A stretch of 63,624 bases of DNA, counting the filler, from Pelomyxa schiedti (lineage: Eukaryota > Protista > Evosea), in assembly GCA_020536535.1 (NCBI GenBank). It is 11 parts of 11 records of this genome, joined end to end, with 100 filler letters (N's around TTAATTAATTAA, not from the genome) between each part and the next. Parts side by side here need not be neighbours in the genome. Positions count along the whole stretch, not along the records: positions 48,064 to 61,151 come from JAHLWZ010001199.1; positions 61,252 to 62,290 come from JAHLWZ010002955.1; positions 62,391 to 63,624 come from JAHLWZ010002671.1; 8 more parts are not named here. One strand, written 5' to 3'. Positions within the stretch are counted from its first letter, which is position 1; the number at the start of each line of letters is the position of its first letter. A program made the translations under genes and the position numbers. A model generated the notes under the pieces. The model had not been told where the DNA came from and searched no databases. It saw only the letters and a program-made list of their open reading frames with translations. Shown one piece after another: positions 51,130 through 63,624 of this stretch.

Positions 51130-52298
51130 ATGGCTGCTCGAGCACCGGAGACGTCGTTGGGATACACCAAGATCCAGAGAGAGATTTCGTGTTTGTGTGT
51201 AAATGAGTGGCGCGAAGTGGCGTATGTAGATTGGGTGCCGGCTACGACTGGCGATTCCGGGATCGTCCTATGCGTTCACGGTCTCACGAGAACCAGCTAC
51301 GATTTTGAGCCCTTGGCTAAGTTTCTCGTTTTGGAGTGCAACTTGAGGTATTGCTCTTTTTTATTACCCGTACAAAGGGAACTGTTTCATTTAATTGTAA
51401 ATAGAATTTGGGCGTAGGTTGTAAAAGAACCGTTCTAATTAGGCTTCCAGAGTTGTTTGTGTTGACCTCGTCGGACGAGGAAGAAGTGACTGGCTTTCCG
51501 ACCCAGCCAATTACAACTTGATCATATACGCATCAACTGTTGCAACTCTTATGTCTTCTTTGGGAATAGGCGTCCCTGGTGGATACAAGGATTGCTTGTT
51601 CGTTGGTGACGACGATTATAATAACTCTATCACAAACTGACATTGTCCCAAGGAACATCGTTGGGAGGACTGATTGGAATGGTCCTTGCCTCTGCAAAAC
51701 ACGCTCCGATAAGAAGGCTTTTCATGAACGACATTGGGCCTTACTGCCCCAAAGAGTCTCTCGAATTCCTCAGAGCAATTGTCACCCCACCAAAATTCAA
51801 TGTATGAGTGACCCACGAATATCCTGCAACACTACTAACCTAAGAGGCAGACATTGGAAGATGCTGTCAACTTCCACCGTCAGGTCGCCTGTGTAAGCTG
51901 GGGTCCAATCTCTGACGAACACCTGCTGGATATGATTAAAAATACCATGAAATGTGACCCAACGACTGGTGCGTATACATTTGCTTACGATCCCGAGATA
52001 ACGGCCTCATACAAGGTTTCTCCAGGTCCCCTTTTTAATCACTCCTAATCCTCGCATTCAGGGCCCCATTGTCGACTTGAATTTGTGGTCTTTCTTTGAG
52101 CAAATCAAATGCCCCGTGTTTGTTCTGCACGGAGGCAAGTCTCCACTCCTATCACAGCAAACACTGGACGAAATGCACACCAGGGCCTTAAGTTCCGGAG
52201 TGAACCTGCAGTCCCACACAGTACCTTATGCTGGCCACGTTCCGGCCCTTATTGATGTTGAAGAGATCCGCATTGTGTCCAATTTCCTCACACACTGA
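51130..52298 (+). CDS. Alpha/beta hydrolase, bacterial-like
   Basis: LCVHGLTR, DLVGRGRSDWL, GTSLGG nucleophile elbow, MNDIGP, AYDPEI, AGHVPAL. Confidence 0.92.
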
Positions 52299-52413
52299 GC
52301 TTGCAACACAACAAACAATGCTGTTCATTTCCCAGGGCTAAGAAGAGATAAAAAACTACACAATCAATTTTTGCCGATTTCTTGCTGAATAGATAAATAA
52401 GTGACTGGTGAAC

Positions 52414-55400
52414 TCAAAAAATTCCAGGCAGTGACAATGACGCAGGAGATTGCGATGAAACGGAATTGAGTGTGTTTGTTGGTGGTGAGAACGGCGAGAA
52501 GGGTGCAAATGGCTGACTGAATGGTGAGAAGGGTGCAAAGGGTGCAGATAGTGTGATAGGTGATTGTGGTGGTTCTGGTGATGATGGTGAGGTGCTTTGG
52601 GAAGAATGTGAGGTGGTTGGTGATGATGGTGATTGCGGGAGTGGGTGGTTCACCGCTATGCTTTGTAAGGAATACATTCCAAATGGATTCTGCGGCGGTG
52701 GTTGGTGCGGTGGTTGTTGTTGTTGTGTGTAATTGGTTATAATGGGTGGTGCGGGAGTGTGGGGTGTTTGTTGTAGTGGAGGGGGGCCTGGTGGCCCGGT
52801 TGGGTTGATGGATTTGGTGAGTTGCCGGAGGAGTGAAATGGAGGGTGCCGCTCCCATTGGAGACATTGACATTGACGCTGAAAGGGACATTGGCGAGGAT
52901 TGGGACCGGTGGAGGGAGTTGAAGGAAGGTGTGAAAGGTGTTGGAGGTAATGGTACAGATGTAGGTGGCGGGTTTGGTGTGGGTGTGGGTGTGGGTGTGG
53001 ATGGAGTGCCGGTGGGAAAAGGTGGTGGCGTTGTTTTGGGTGTTGGAGCTGGTGGGGTGGGGGTGCCAGGTGTGGGAATTGTGAGTGTATGGGTAGTGCT
53101 GGTGACAAGTGATTCTGTTGAGGAGGAAGACGAAGATGAAGTGTTAATGTGGGTACTAATACTTTTATCTGTATTTACACTCGTCCTTATGTTTGTGTTG
53201 GAGGTGGATAAATGCGAGGATGAGGTGTGTGATGTCATGGATGTCGAAGTGGTTGTGGAAGGTTGATCATTGCTGATAGGTTGTGTATCATCTGTGGGTG
53301 CAGGGGGTTCCCGCTTATTCGGTGGTTTGTGTTTCGTGGAATCCCCAGATTCAAGTGGTGCACTCTGACAAACTCGACGTAATGTAAAGTTTCCTTTCTG
53401 TATTTCTTTGAGCATAGAGTCCCTCGGACTTTCGTGCTTGGGAGCTTTGGCGTTGGCGGCAACTTTTTTATTTTGGGCTTGCTGCAGGTAAAAGTTACAG
53501 GAAGACCGTTGATTATTGTTCCTACCAATTCTTTGCTTCTCTTTGTGGCTTCTTGTTGCTGCTCTACCAACAATCCCTTGTACGTTTCCTGAAAATGGTA
53601 AGAAGTACAAAAAAAAAAAAGTAACTAATTGCCTGCCACATTGAAGAAAACGTTGCCAATGTAGAGAAAAATTCCGGAATAGTTGTAGGGATTGACGGGT
53701 CTTCTCCAAAGGAAGTAACTATAGAATTTGTTTTTTGTTGTAGATTTTTGAAATCTTCACTCAAGTTTTTGATATTCTCGTCAAACTCTTGGAAGGAACT
53801 CTACTCAGAGGTCAACTGAATTTAGATAGAAAACTCCTAGAACCTCCATCTTGGCTTTGAATACAGGATCTGGTTGTTTTGCTAAGGATGACAGATTCTG
53901 TTGAAGATCCTGTTGTAACTTGCCTATTGTACCGACCATTTCTCCCAAAGGATCTATAATTTTTAGTTTTTGAACTGTTCTGGTGAAAGTGGAAATGAGA
54001 ACCTACACTTGCAACAGTGTGTAAGATGCTTCAATTCACCTGGAAATTTGCTGTGTTCAGGTTTCGTAATGACTACAAGCTTCACTACATATTTCAGGAG
54101 TGTGATAGCAGCATTCACAGGAGACCGTAAATCTTTAAGCTGAAGATTTTAAGAGAAATTCAGAAAACATTGTATGTACCTTCTTTAGGGTCTCAATCTT
54201 GAATCCTGTGGCATTTCCCTGGGGGGTCCCATAATTCATGAAGTTACCACACAATAAAATGACCTTCAGAACCATTTCAGCACGGTACATTGGAAGGAAA
54301 TTGAACGAACGCACTTGCATGACATAGGATAGACCTTTGCAATTGGTAATTTCTTCCATAGCAGTGTTCCATGACTGAATTTTCTTGACGAAGAAAGTGA
54401 GAAGAACATCAGATAATATCATTCTACTGACCTCACTTAGGTCCTGATATTCCGGGAAAAACCGCACTTTAAACAGCAAGGAGAGAACTTTTTCTTGGAA
54501 CATAGGCACACGAGATACCTTGAAACAGGTTAGTGAAGAGCATTTGTTGTGTCCGCTACCTCCCGAAAGAACAACTCAGCCTTAGGAAGTAGGTTTATAT
54601 CTCCCGCGTAGGATGTAATGAGGTCCAGCTAATGCAGTTAGGGAAAAAAGTTTCATTGAGGGAGATTACTTCTTCCTTTGTGGGAGCAAAACTAGAAAGT
54701 GTCTGCAAGTTTTCTACAGAAAGTTCTTCTGAGGCATCATTCACAGCATCAATAATTTGTTGTTGTGTCATGTTCTTAAATTGACTGAGTCCAATGGATA
54801 CATTGTTTGATCTCTTCGTGTCCAAAAGGAGGAGGAATTTAGGTTTACTAGCTGGCTTCGGCTCAACAACCACCACTTTGGGATTTTGAGGGAAAAGTTC
54901 CTCCATTTCCTCTAGTGGGATGATCTAGGTTGAATTAAAAGATTGGTATAAATCAAAGTTATGTACCTTCGAATCCACAACTTCCCTCTATTTGAATAGA
55001 TAAGAAAGAGGAACAAAATCTGGTTATATACCTTGACCCACATTGTATTGTTCACATTTGAGAGTTTGAGCCACTGGAAAAAAATCAACCATTTAAAAAA
55101 AAAAAAAGGGAAGTACAAAAAATTGTCGCAATTTCACCCTTGGTGCAGGTCCAGAATATGCTGATTTACAATTAGTGGGAAGGTTACTATGTTGTGAGTA
55201 CCATCTGCACCAGGTGTGTTGCGCCAGCTTCGGCCTCTTCCGCCTGGTGGAGGAGGTGGAGGAGGGGTTGCACCAGGTAGTGGTGGTGCAGGGGGGACTG
55301 GTGAAGGTGGTGGATTGTTGTTTGGATCAGCTTCACCACTCCCCCTTAGGGGAGTATGGGGGCAGACCGCTTCTCTTGAGCCACTTTCTCTGAGATTTCC

Positions 55401-57080
55401 AATATTGGCCATTGAACTCCCACGGAGAGGTGTGGCAGAAGGGGAACAGGGTGGTGGAGGGGCAGGGGGTGGTGGAGGCGGTGGGGGACTGGCTTGATGA
55501 CAGTGTGACCTTTCGTCTTCAGCATGCTGTTTCTTCAGTATTTCAGAGAGTTCAGTTATGCTTAACTTGTACTCTAAGAGATAATTACTAAAATTAATTA
55601 TGCAAAAAAAGAAGATAACCTTGATTTTTGGTGTCTTCACTTTTGATATCAAGTGCACGATGGAAAATTTTCTCAATAAATTCCCAGGGAAATCTATTTC
55701 ATTATGAAATTAGAAACCAAGTGGCATGCGTACTGTGAGGAATTCTCTGAAAGAAGTAACATGTGCCGCAGAATGTTGAGAATGGATGAAATGTGGGGGG
55801 TTCCCTTGAGACGTAACAGCACAATTTTAAACACGGCCTCAGGATCACTACACAAATTGCATGTAAATTTTTATTTTGTGCGTTTTTTGGGAAGTCAAAA
55901 ACCTCAGATCTAGGTTGTGACAAGCTTGAATTTCCTCAATCTTTTTGCGGTCATGATCCATTTGCAGGAGAAATGCCTCTATTTGCTTTTGAATGTCCGG
56001 ATTGGTTTCAAATTTCTTCTGAACAATCTGTTCTGACCCAGAATGGGAGTCTATAAGTATGCTAGAGCACATTAATGTGAAGTTAAAGGCACACCATAAG
56101 GGTATCATTAAACGCCAAATCTACAAAGAGAGTACGAATGGAGATTCTTTCCTCCAGATCGGCAGGTGAATTGACAAGGGTGTTAATGAATGCAATGCAA
56201 GACCACTATGTGTAATACTGTGAATTTAAGCAACCAAGACGAAAAATCTCACAGTCAATTGATCATCAAATGACTCATTTGCCCATGTGCACAGCATCTT
56301 AAAGGTTTTTGTAGAAGAATCTGTGATGTCACGTGTGGCAGTGAGCATGGCCCTTATATCCCTTTTTAAAAATAGATTTCAAATAGGAAGGTGACATACT
56401 GACGTGCCTCTGGAGAGGAAAGCGTTATAACAGAAAATATTTGCAGTATTTGTGACCGAACAAGTAAGTTAGATGTCCTGGATACAGTATCAAGCATTCT
56501 CTGAAGTAGTGATTTGTGCTGAGCAACTAACAGCTCAATTGATTCCTAGAAGTGTTTTGGATAATAAAATGGCAGTTGTCATACTTTAGATGATAACAAG
56601 CTTTTTAAGCATAGAATGAGGTGGCATTGGCATGAAGCGTGTGCAAAATGAAATGTCCTGTAATTGAATGAAAAACTGAAGGCCACTGAGGGGAAAAACT
56701 TTTTATCAAATCTCTGAATAGCACGGATGATAGCATTTAAGCCATCACTTTGAATGAACATATCAGTCCAATCTCTATTTCCAGAGTTAAGGAAAGAGTT
56801 AAACATGACACGCAACTGCTGGACCTTGGAGAGCTATCAATTTTTTCCCTCAGTTGAAGGAGAAGAGAGGCAGGGTAGTGCTTCTTTTCCAAAACATTCA
56901 GTAATGTTACAACATCAAGAGGTGATTCTGGCAGTTCTCGTGTTGGTAGTGGGTGCCTCTTTGCTAGCACCTTGGTTCCCTTGCTCCTTCTCCTTTTCCC
57001 CCACGTAAAAAATTGGTAGTGGGGAGGGAGTAAACACATACTTGACTCGTGGGGACTCAGAACCAGCAGAGACAACCTTT
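52414..57080 (-). CDS. Formin (GBD/FH3-FH1-FH2) with WH2-like motif and Pro/Ser-rich tail; start uncertain
   Basis: Poly-Pro FH1; LLDTKRSNNVSIGLSQF; ILLCGNFMNYG...ATGFKIETL; SFGEDP...EFFSTL; RDSMLKEIQKGNFTLRRV. Confidence 0.92.
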
Positions 57081-57649
57081 GGATTGTTATTTTTGTTTTT
57101 AGATACAGCAAGCAAAACAAAACAGAACAAAAAAAATCAATAAAACAAAGGGGGGACTGAAACAGCGTAGTGACAGAAACTTGCAAGGAAGAAGCAACTT
57201 GGCACGGCTCGGGGAACAAAAAAACAAACAAACAAAAAAAAAAAAAAAAAGTTCCCCCAACAATGAAACGCAGGTGGCGCTTTTTCAACGAATCACACAC
57301 GCACCCTGTCGTTGTCCATTTCGCTTGTCTCGTAACACACACACCCCTCGTGTGCACTGTCACCTCGGTTGCTTCTCGCCGTATTTCCGATACGATATTT
57401 TCGATAATGTCTCGGTGTTCTCTTTTGCTGTAGTTTCCTCCACTTTTTTTCTCGAATTTGGCTCATTGATGTTTAAACAAAAAGCTTGATTTGATTGTTC
57501 CTAGAAAAAAGACAAAAACGAGAAGAAACCCAACCCAGAAGTGAAGATTCACAAAAAATAATCTTTTTATTGTCCTTTCCCCCCAAAGTCGTTTAGGGGG
57601 ACACTACACAACGGAAAAAAAAACATTCACATAGGAAGGGAGCGCACGC

Positions 57650-60559
57650 TCAAGTGTGCTTGGCCATCTCATTGAGAGCACTTCCGGCACGGAACCACTG
57701 TGCTTGTACTTCATTGAAGGTGTTGTTGAGCTGTAAAGGTGGTTTGTTGTGAGAACCGGGTGGAAACGGGTTGGTTGTTTACCTGAATATCAAACGGTGC
57801 GGAGCCGTCGGCTGGCTTCACGTGGAGGGTAAGGGGTTTCCCTGACCCAAGGGTTTCCAGGCCAACAATGCTGACTTTGTCGTCGCCTCTGAAACATGCA
57901 GGTTAATTGTTGGGTAAAGGTAGAAATAACGAAGCACACGTTAGTCTGTTGTAGTCATCGGGGTTGGCGAACGTGAGTGGAAGGACACCCTGCTTTTTAA
58001 GGTTGGACTCGTGAATGCGAGCGAAACTCTTCACGATGATTGCGACTGCACCAAGATGGCGGGGCTAAAAGTGGTGATAAGAACTTTGTTGTCAAAGGAA
58101 AGTCAGATATACCTCCAAGGCTGCGTGTTCGCGGCTGCTGCCTTCACCGTAGTTGGTGTCACCTATGGCAACCCATCTGATTCCCCTGCTCTTGTAGAAT
58201 CGAGCAACATTGGGCACGGTATCAAACTCCCCCGTGACATGATTCTTAACCAAGTTTTGTTTCATGTTCATTGAATTTACGGCACCTAATATATGTTAAG
58301 TCTGCACAATACTTCAGGTCCACTCACCAATGAGCATGTTGTTAGAGATATTATCAAGGTGTCCTCTGTACTTTAGCCAAACACCAGCAGCGCTGATGTG
58401 ATCAGTTGTGCACTTGCCCCTGACTTTGATCAAAATTGGCAAATCAGCAAACGCTTCTGGTCGGACATTCTCCCATGGTTCGAATGGAGACAGCCTCTGA
58501 AGCCTATCGCTTGTGGGGCTAATGACTACAGTAACAGAATCGCCGTCTACAGCGGGTGGCTCGTAGACAGCGGCTGTAGTGGAGGAATCGTAGCCATGTG
58601 GTGGAAGGTCCATCCCAGTGGGTGGCGCAAGTCTCCATGGACCAGTAGGTGACTCTAGTTCATCGCGGGCTGGATGGAAACGAAGAGTACCAGCAAGGCC
58701 AAGGGCGACAACTATCTGCAAGAAGAGTGAGGGATTTTGGAAAAGAAAGCGTTGCATACCTCTGGAGAGGTTACAAAGGCCATGGTTTCGGCATTTCCGT
58801 CGGCACGAGCGGAAAAGTTTCTGTTATAGGAGTGCACAATTGTGTTCTTTCCAGAGGTTACATCTGTTCTCTTCCACTGCCCAATGCAAGGTCCACATGC
58901 ATTGGCCAAAACAACACCGCCGACTGCTGTGAATAGATCTTCAAGTCCATCTCTCTTCATTGTAGCCCTAAAACAAGAATAAGGGGATAAAGACACAAAG
59001 CACAGCAGTTACCTCACTTGTTCAGAGCCAGGAGAGATGTAGAACTTTGCCTTCATCTTGATACCATGATCAAGGGCTTGCTTGCATACATTAGCTGCCC
59101 TTGTCAAGTCTTCGTAACTGCTGTTAGTGCAGCTGCCAATCAAGGCAGCGCTAACATCGAGAGGCCATCCATTGGCCTCTGCAGCAGCGCTAACGGCAGA
59201 GAGAAGGTGATTACGGTCAGGTGAAAGAGGACCGTTAATCTGGGGTTCGAGAGTGGAAAGATCCAACTCGACTACTTTGTCGTAAATTGTCTGAAAGGTG
59301 TGGCTGAGAACAGGAGGGAGATGTCATATATGTACCTCATCTGCAGAATCTGCTCTGAGGAGCTCGGCAAACTGTTCAGCGAGAGCGGCAATTTCTTCTC
59401 GACCAGTGGCTCTAAGGTATTCCGCTTGCCTTCTGGTGAACGGGAAAATGGAACCTGTGGCACCAAGCTCGGCACCCATGTTACAGATGGTGGCTGCTCC
59501 CGTGCAAGAAATGGATTCAGCACCAGGACCAAAGTATTCAATAATAAATCCTGTGCCTCCCTCGACGGATAAGCGACCAGCGAGTGCAAGAATAACATCT
59601 TTTGGTGCTGTCCAACCTTTGGGAGGGTTATCGAACCAAGAATCTTGGACGGACTCCCTACCAGAAAGTGCGCCAGTTAGCTTCACTCCCAAAACTTTAG
59701 GCGCTTTAAGCTCCAGCGCCAACCCAGCCATTACATCAACAGCATCTGCACCGCCTACACCAACTGCAAGCATTCCCAAACCTCCAGCATTTGGAGTGTC
59801 TAAAGAACATTAATTCATAACCTCAAGGAAATAGTCATACGGCTGTCAGTTCCAATGACCATTCCTCCAGGGAATGCATAATTTTCCAGAACAATCTGGG
59901 AAAGATGTCACAACAAAAGAGGGTAAGTGTGAAATTGTCACCTGATGGATAATTCCACTGCCGGGTTTCCAGAATCCCATACCGTATTTATTAGCAGCAC
60001 TTCGGAGGAAGTCGTAGACTTCTTTGTTGACTGTGCATGCAGCAGCAAGATCGGAAACAGCTCCTTTATCTTGAGCTTGAATCAAGTGGTCACAGTGAAC
60101 CGTTGAGGGCACTGCGGTCCTCTTCATTCCAGATGACATAAATTGAAGAACTGAAAGGAAACATGAACAATTTACAGATAGAACGGGAGACACTGACTGG
60201 CCATTTGAGCGGTGGCATCTTGCATGGCAACACGGTCGGGTTTAAGGTACAAGTAACTCTTTCCCTTTATGTACTAGAAGGGGGGCGGGTGAGAAACATA
60301 GAACACTCCAAAGGAAGAAAAAAAAAAGTGCGCACTTCTTGATGGACATCCTCGAGATGTGAGACAATGACCTTCTCTGCGAGAGTCATAGGAGCCGTGT
60401 GTGTGCGGCGGAACTCCTGCACCACATTATTAATACGAGGGGGGGAAAAAAAAACCCAATAGAGATCTTGCACACAGCAATAACGGCAGCCATGCGTGGG
60501 TAATCCACAAACACATTTGCGTCGAACTTGCTTATCGGTACTCGTGCTGTTGCAGCCAT
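57650..60559 (-). CDS. ACO2: Aconitate hydratase, mitochondrial (ACO2)-type, many exons
   Basis: [69 protein letters not shown]. Confidence 0.97.
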
Positions 60560-60974
60560 CTGATGGTCGTCACTCCGCCTTGTCTCCTTGTTTTTTTGTT
60601 TATTATTTCGACGTTTTTTCGTCGTTTGTTAAATAGACAGATCGGCGCCGAAAGGAAAAAAATTGTGGAAGCTGCCGAACATATAGAGGAAGCTCGTCCA
60701 TTTTTCTCCTTTCCTATCAGTGGACTGATTGGAATTTCAGAGGAATTTATTCATGATTGAGGAGGGCAGGGTAATCCAGATGCTGCACCACACATCGTTT
60801 TTATGATTGCATCCCCGTTCAGATTGGGCTCCTCCACTCCAATTATCGACAAGAGTAATTTCCTCTGACACAATCAGATAACTGTGAAAAGTGAATAAAT
60901 AATTAACAACAAACAAACCAAAAAAAAAACACACACCCACCGCCGCACACAGATCTACCCCGAATAAGCGACAA

Positions 60975-61151
60975 ATGACGTCGGGAGGACCAAACGCGTC
61001 CGCGAATGGTAGTGCGTCTTCCGTTGGAGTAATGCCGATGGTGCAAGGAATGGGCGGAATGGGGATGCCCGGGATGGTAGGAATGTCACCCCCCGCAATG
61101 CCTGGAATGCTCGGGATGCCTTCTCCAGCGATGTACATGGCGCCCGGCGGA
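60975..61151 (+). CDS. Met/Pro/Gly-rich N-terminal fragment
   Basis: MTSGGPN...MGMPGMVGM running into spacer. Confidence 0.45.
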
Positions 61152-61892
61152 NNNNNNNNNNNNNNNNNNNNNNNNNNNNNNNNNNNNNNNNNNNNTTAAT
61201 TAATTAANNNNNNNNNNNNNNNNNNNNNNNNNNNNNNNNNNNNNNNNNNNNCTCACGGCCTCGCTGCACATTCTGTCCATGCAGTCGCACATTGGCCGCG
61301 AGGACTCCTCGCCCCACCTGCTTTCCGCGCCGGCGCCGTCGCCGCACACTCGGTTCCACTCGGCTTGTGTGTAGTATTCCGGCCGGAACCCGTTCCTCAG
61401 TCCAGGAACCAGCACGGGAAACACAAACTTCCACAAGAACGAGGACACCCACAGCACCCTCTCCGCCTTGTTGTTGTTGGTATTGTGCACAGCGGCATCA
61501 TTTTCTCTCAGCCCTTGTACTCCTGAGTCACCGGGAATAACTACATTATGGGGCGCACTACAACAAGCACCGTCGTAGTCGTCATCGTTTTCGCCGAAGC
61601 CGAACGAGCGTAGGAACGACGACGCAGTGTCGTTTGACGTTATCGAAGTACACATCACGTTATCGGTTCCGTTTTGTGAAAACTCGAGTCTACTGATGTA
61701 GACTCTGGGTCCCAGAGTGTTGCTCCGTAGCCACCTCCAAAATGTGAAAGCTTCCTTTACTGAAGGGCAGAGGTGAGCTCCTCAAAGCAACGCTTATCTC
61801 GTATCTCCAACGGTTCCGTAAATTGAACGGGTTTTTTTTTTGAAAGAAAGGACCGGGGTAGACACACAGGTAACACACAGGTGAATAACGCA

Positions 61893-62290
61893 ATGCCGCG
61901 AGGGAGATCGTCAAGAAAGAAGGACCAGGAAACGTCGTTTGCGGTGTATGTGTACCGCGTGTTGAAACAAGTGCACCCCGACGTTGGGATCTCAAAGAAG
62001 GCAATGCAGGCACGTCCCGTTGCCACTCTTCTCTGTTTTGTTGTTTAATTTTTTTGGTTAAACTGGAAAGTTAAAGAATCTAAGGATGATGGCCTGAATT
62101 GTTTTTTTTGCCCCCTCCCTCAACACTCCATCTGAGCCTTATGTTTAAACTAAACTGAAAAACGTCTGGTGCAGATCATGAACGACTATGTAAATGATAA
62201 CTTGAGAAAAGTGGCGAAGGAGGCTTCTTTGTTGTGTAAAATTAATCATCTTGGAACACTTGGCAGTAGGGAGGTACGACCAAACAGCTT
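61893..62290 (+). CDS. Histone H2B variant, partial
   Basis: [33 protein letters not shown]...AKEASLL...TLGSRE. Confidence 0.92.
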
Positions 62291-62390
62291 NNNNNNNNNN
62301 NNNNNNNNNNNNNNNNNNNNNNNNNNNNNNNNNNTTAATTAATTAANNNNNNNNNNNNNNNNNNNNNNNNNNNNNNNNNNNNNNNNNNNN

Positions 62391-62539
62391 TCCTCAGCCT
62401 TTGTTTCAGGCCAGCAGAGACCAGGCCATCATCAGCAACCATGCTGACACACCCATTCTTTGACATGGCCAGTGGCCCACAGGCACTGGTACCAGTCATT
62501 GCAATGGCCCTCAAGCTGAACTCTGACAAGCTACTATAG
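62391..62539 (+). CDS. Protein kinase C-terminal fragment (STE20-like end)
   Basis: LSLCFRPAETRPSSATMLTHPFF. Confidence 0.65.
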
Positions 62540-62658
62540 CAGATACACAGACACCCTCACGAGAACCTATTATCAATCTCGACAGCCCAGTCAACAAAAT
62601 TTTTCTTGCGCCTTCAAAAAGGCCAGCAACTATTTCCGGACGCAGAGTCGACGGACCG

Positions 62659-63624
62659 ATGAACTCAGACAGCATGAGCACCACCCCCACACAACCACCA
62701 ACACCAACACCAACAACCGCGGATACCGCCACGGGAACAAACAACGACAAACCATCACCGCAGCTCCATAAGCGCAAGAACACAATCAAGGCGCTTGTGT
62801 CCAAGGTGCTCCACGGCCACCGTCACCACAGCCACCACGGGCGCGGCCCTCTCCGCTCCCACCACAGCCGCCTCGCCGTCGCCGCGCCTGTCGGCGACCC
62901 ATCAGGCCGGGCCGGCGGAGGAGGAGGAGGCCACAGTGATTATTACGGCACCACAGCCACCACCACCACCGCCGCTGCTGCTGCTGATGAGAAATCGGAC
63001 GAGCATACGACGACGACCCATCATGATGAGTTGGTGGTGTGTGCCGACGATAGTAGTAGTGCTTGTGCTTGTGCTCGTGCTGCTGCCGACGCCGACGCCG
63101 ACGCCAATTACGACCAGGGTGGCCAGCGGAAATTGGTCGGGTCGCCGTCGCCATCATCATCATCGTCGTGGCGGGGGGCGGTCGAATTGACTGGCGGCGC
63201 AGGTGCTGGGGGGTTAGGAGTAGTAGAAGCGCAATTCATGGGAGCTGGGGCTGGAGGAGGAGAAGGAGAAGGGGATTGTGGGATGATTGAGGGGGAGGAG
63301 GATGTTCGACGGCTGCTTGTGGGGACGGCCTCCACAACATCACTGTGTAGTAGTAGCAATGCTAATAGCTGTACAACTAGAAGTGGTAGTAGTAGTAGCA
63401 GTAGCAACACCATACGATGCGAAAGCGAGAGTGGTGATTACCCCCTGACTGGATCAACTTCATTGATGAACACAGTTGGCTCTTCTGCCTTGGGAGCCTC
63501 TTCGAGTCTTAGCAACACCAGTCGCGTTGACCCGGGAGAAGAAGAAACAGAGGAGCCCCACAAGCACAGCCACCGCCACAGGCATAGGAATAGGCACAGA
63601 AATCAGACAGATACAAGAGAGAAC
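62659..63624 (+). CDS. Low-complexity hypothetical protein, open to window end
   Basis: Uninterrupted frame from MNSDSMSTT to the end of the window. Confidence 0.5.
   Translation, partial: MNSDSMSTTPTQPPTPTPTTADTATGTNNDKPSPQLHKRKNTIKALVSKVLHGHRHHSHHGRGPLRSHHSRLAVAAPVGDPSGRAGGGGGGHSDYYGTTATTTTAAAAADEKSDEHTTTTHHDELVVCADDSSSACACARAAADADADANYDQGGQRKLVGSPSPSSSSSWRGAVELTGGAGAGGLGVVEAQFMGAGAGGGEGEGDCGMIEGEEDVRRLLVGTASTTSLCSSSNANSCTTRSGSSSSSSNTIRCESESGDYPLTGSTSLMNTVGSSALGASSSLSNTSRVDPGEEETEEPHKHSHRHRHRNRHRNQTDTREN

Noticed and set aside
52733-53266. Gly/Val-rich plus-strand ORF
   Set aside because: Shadow of the Pro/Thr-rich formin tail
60700-60730. CAGTG near aconitase as an iron-responsive element
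   Set aside because: It lies on the opposite strand to the mRNA and lacks a flanking stem
1-63624. Alternative genetic code or selenoproteins
   Set aside because: The conserved genes I traced splice cleanly under the standard code; no convincing in-frame TGA with a SECIS element was seen

Overview
Compact, intron-rich eukaryotic genomic DNA (short GT-AG introns, intergenic spacers often <200 bp). It consists of 11 pieces joined by ten artificial 100-bp spacers (N44-TTAATTAATTAA-N44), so adjacency across spacers is not biological. Gene content and style (SEL1-repeat expansions, a lineage-specific 'xPRCGARS' protein family, bacterial-type enzymes carrying introns) suggest an anaerobic amoebozoan, Pelomyxa/archamoeba-like; this is inference only. 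Recognisable genes: amino-acid transporter, ABITRAM, Dcr2-like metallophosphoesterase, FYVE-like protein, PPP phosphatase, bacterial-type GapN/ALDH, aldose 1-epimerase, SHMT, pyrimidine 5'-nucleotidase, DUS4L, G-patch protein, atypical Rab, Ku80, a pseudokinase, Ran, tRNA-Glu, alpha/beta hydrolase, formin, aconitase and an H2B variant. The top novelty, only partly visible in the ORF track, is a 3-exon gene (48600-49186) for a stand-alone bacterial-type chemoreceptor zinc-binding (CZB) domain with an intact 3His-1Cys site and an N-terminal MGC lipidation motif, a candidate membrane-anchored Zn/HOCl sensor in a eukaryote. Also seen: a hAT-type MITE with an 8-bp TSD, head-to-head genes with overlapping or near-abutting ATGs, several GC-AG introns, perfect 3'-UTR hairpins and candidate structured ncRNAs. 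Multi-exon coordinates are hand-derived gene spans.
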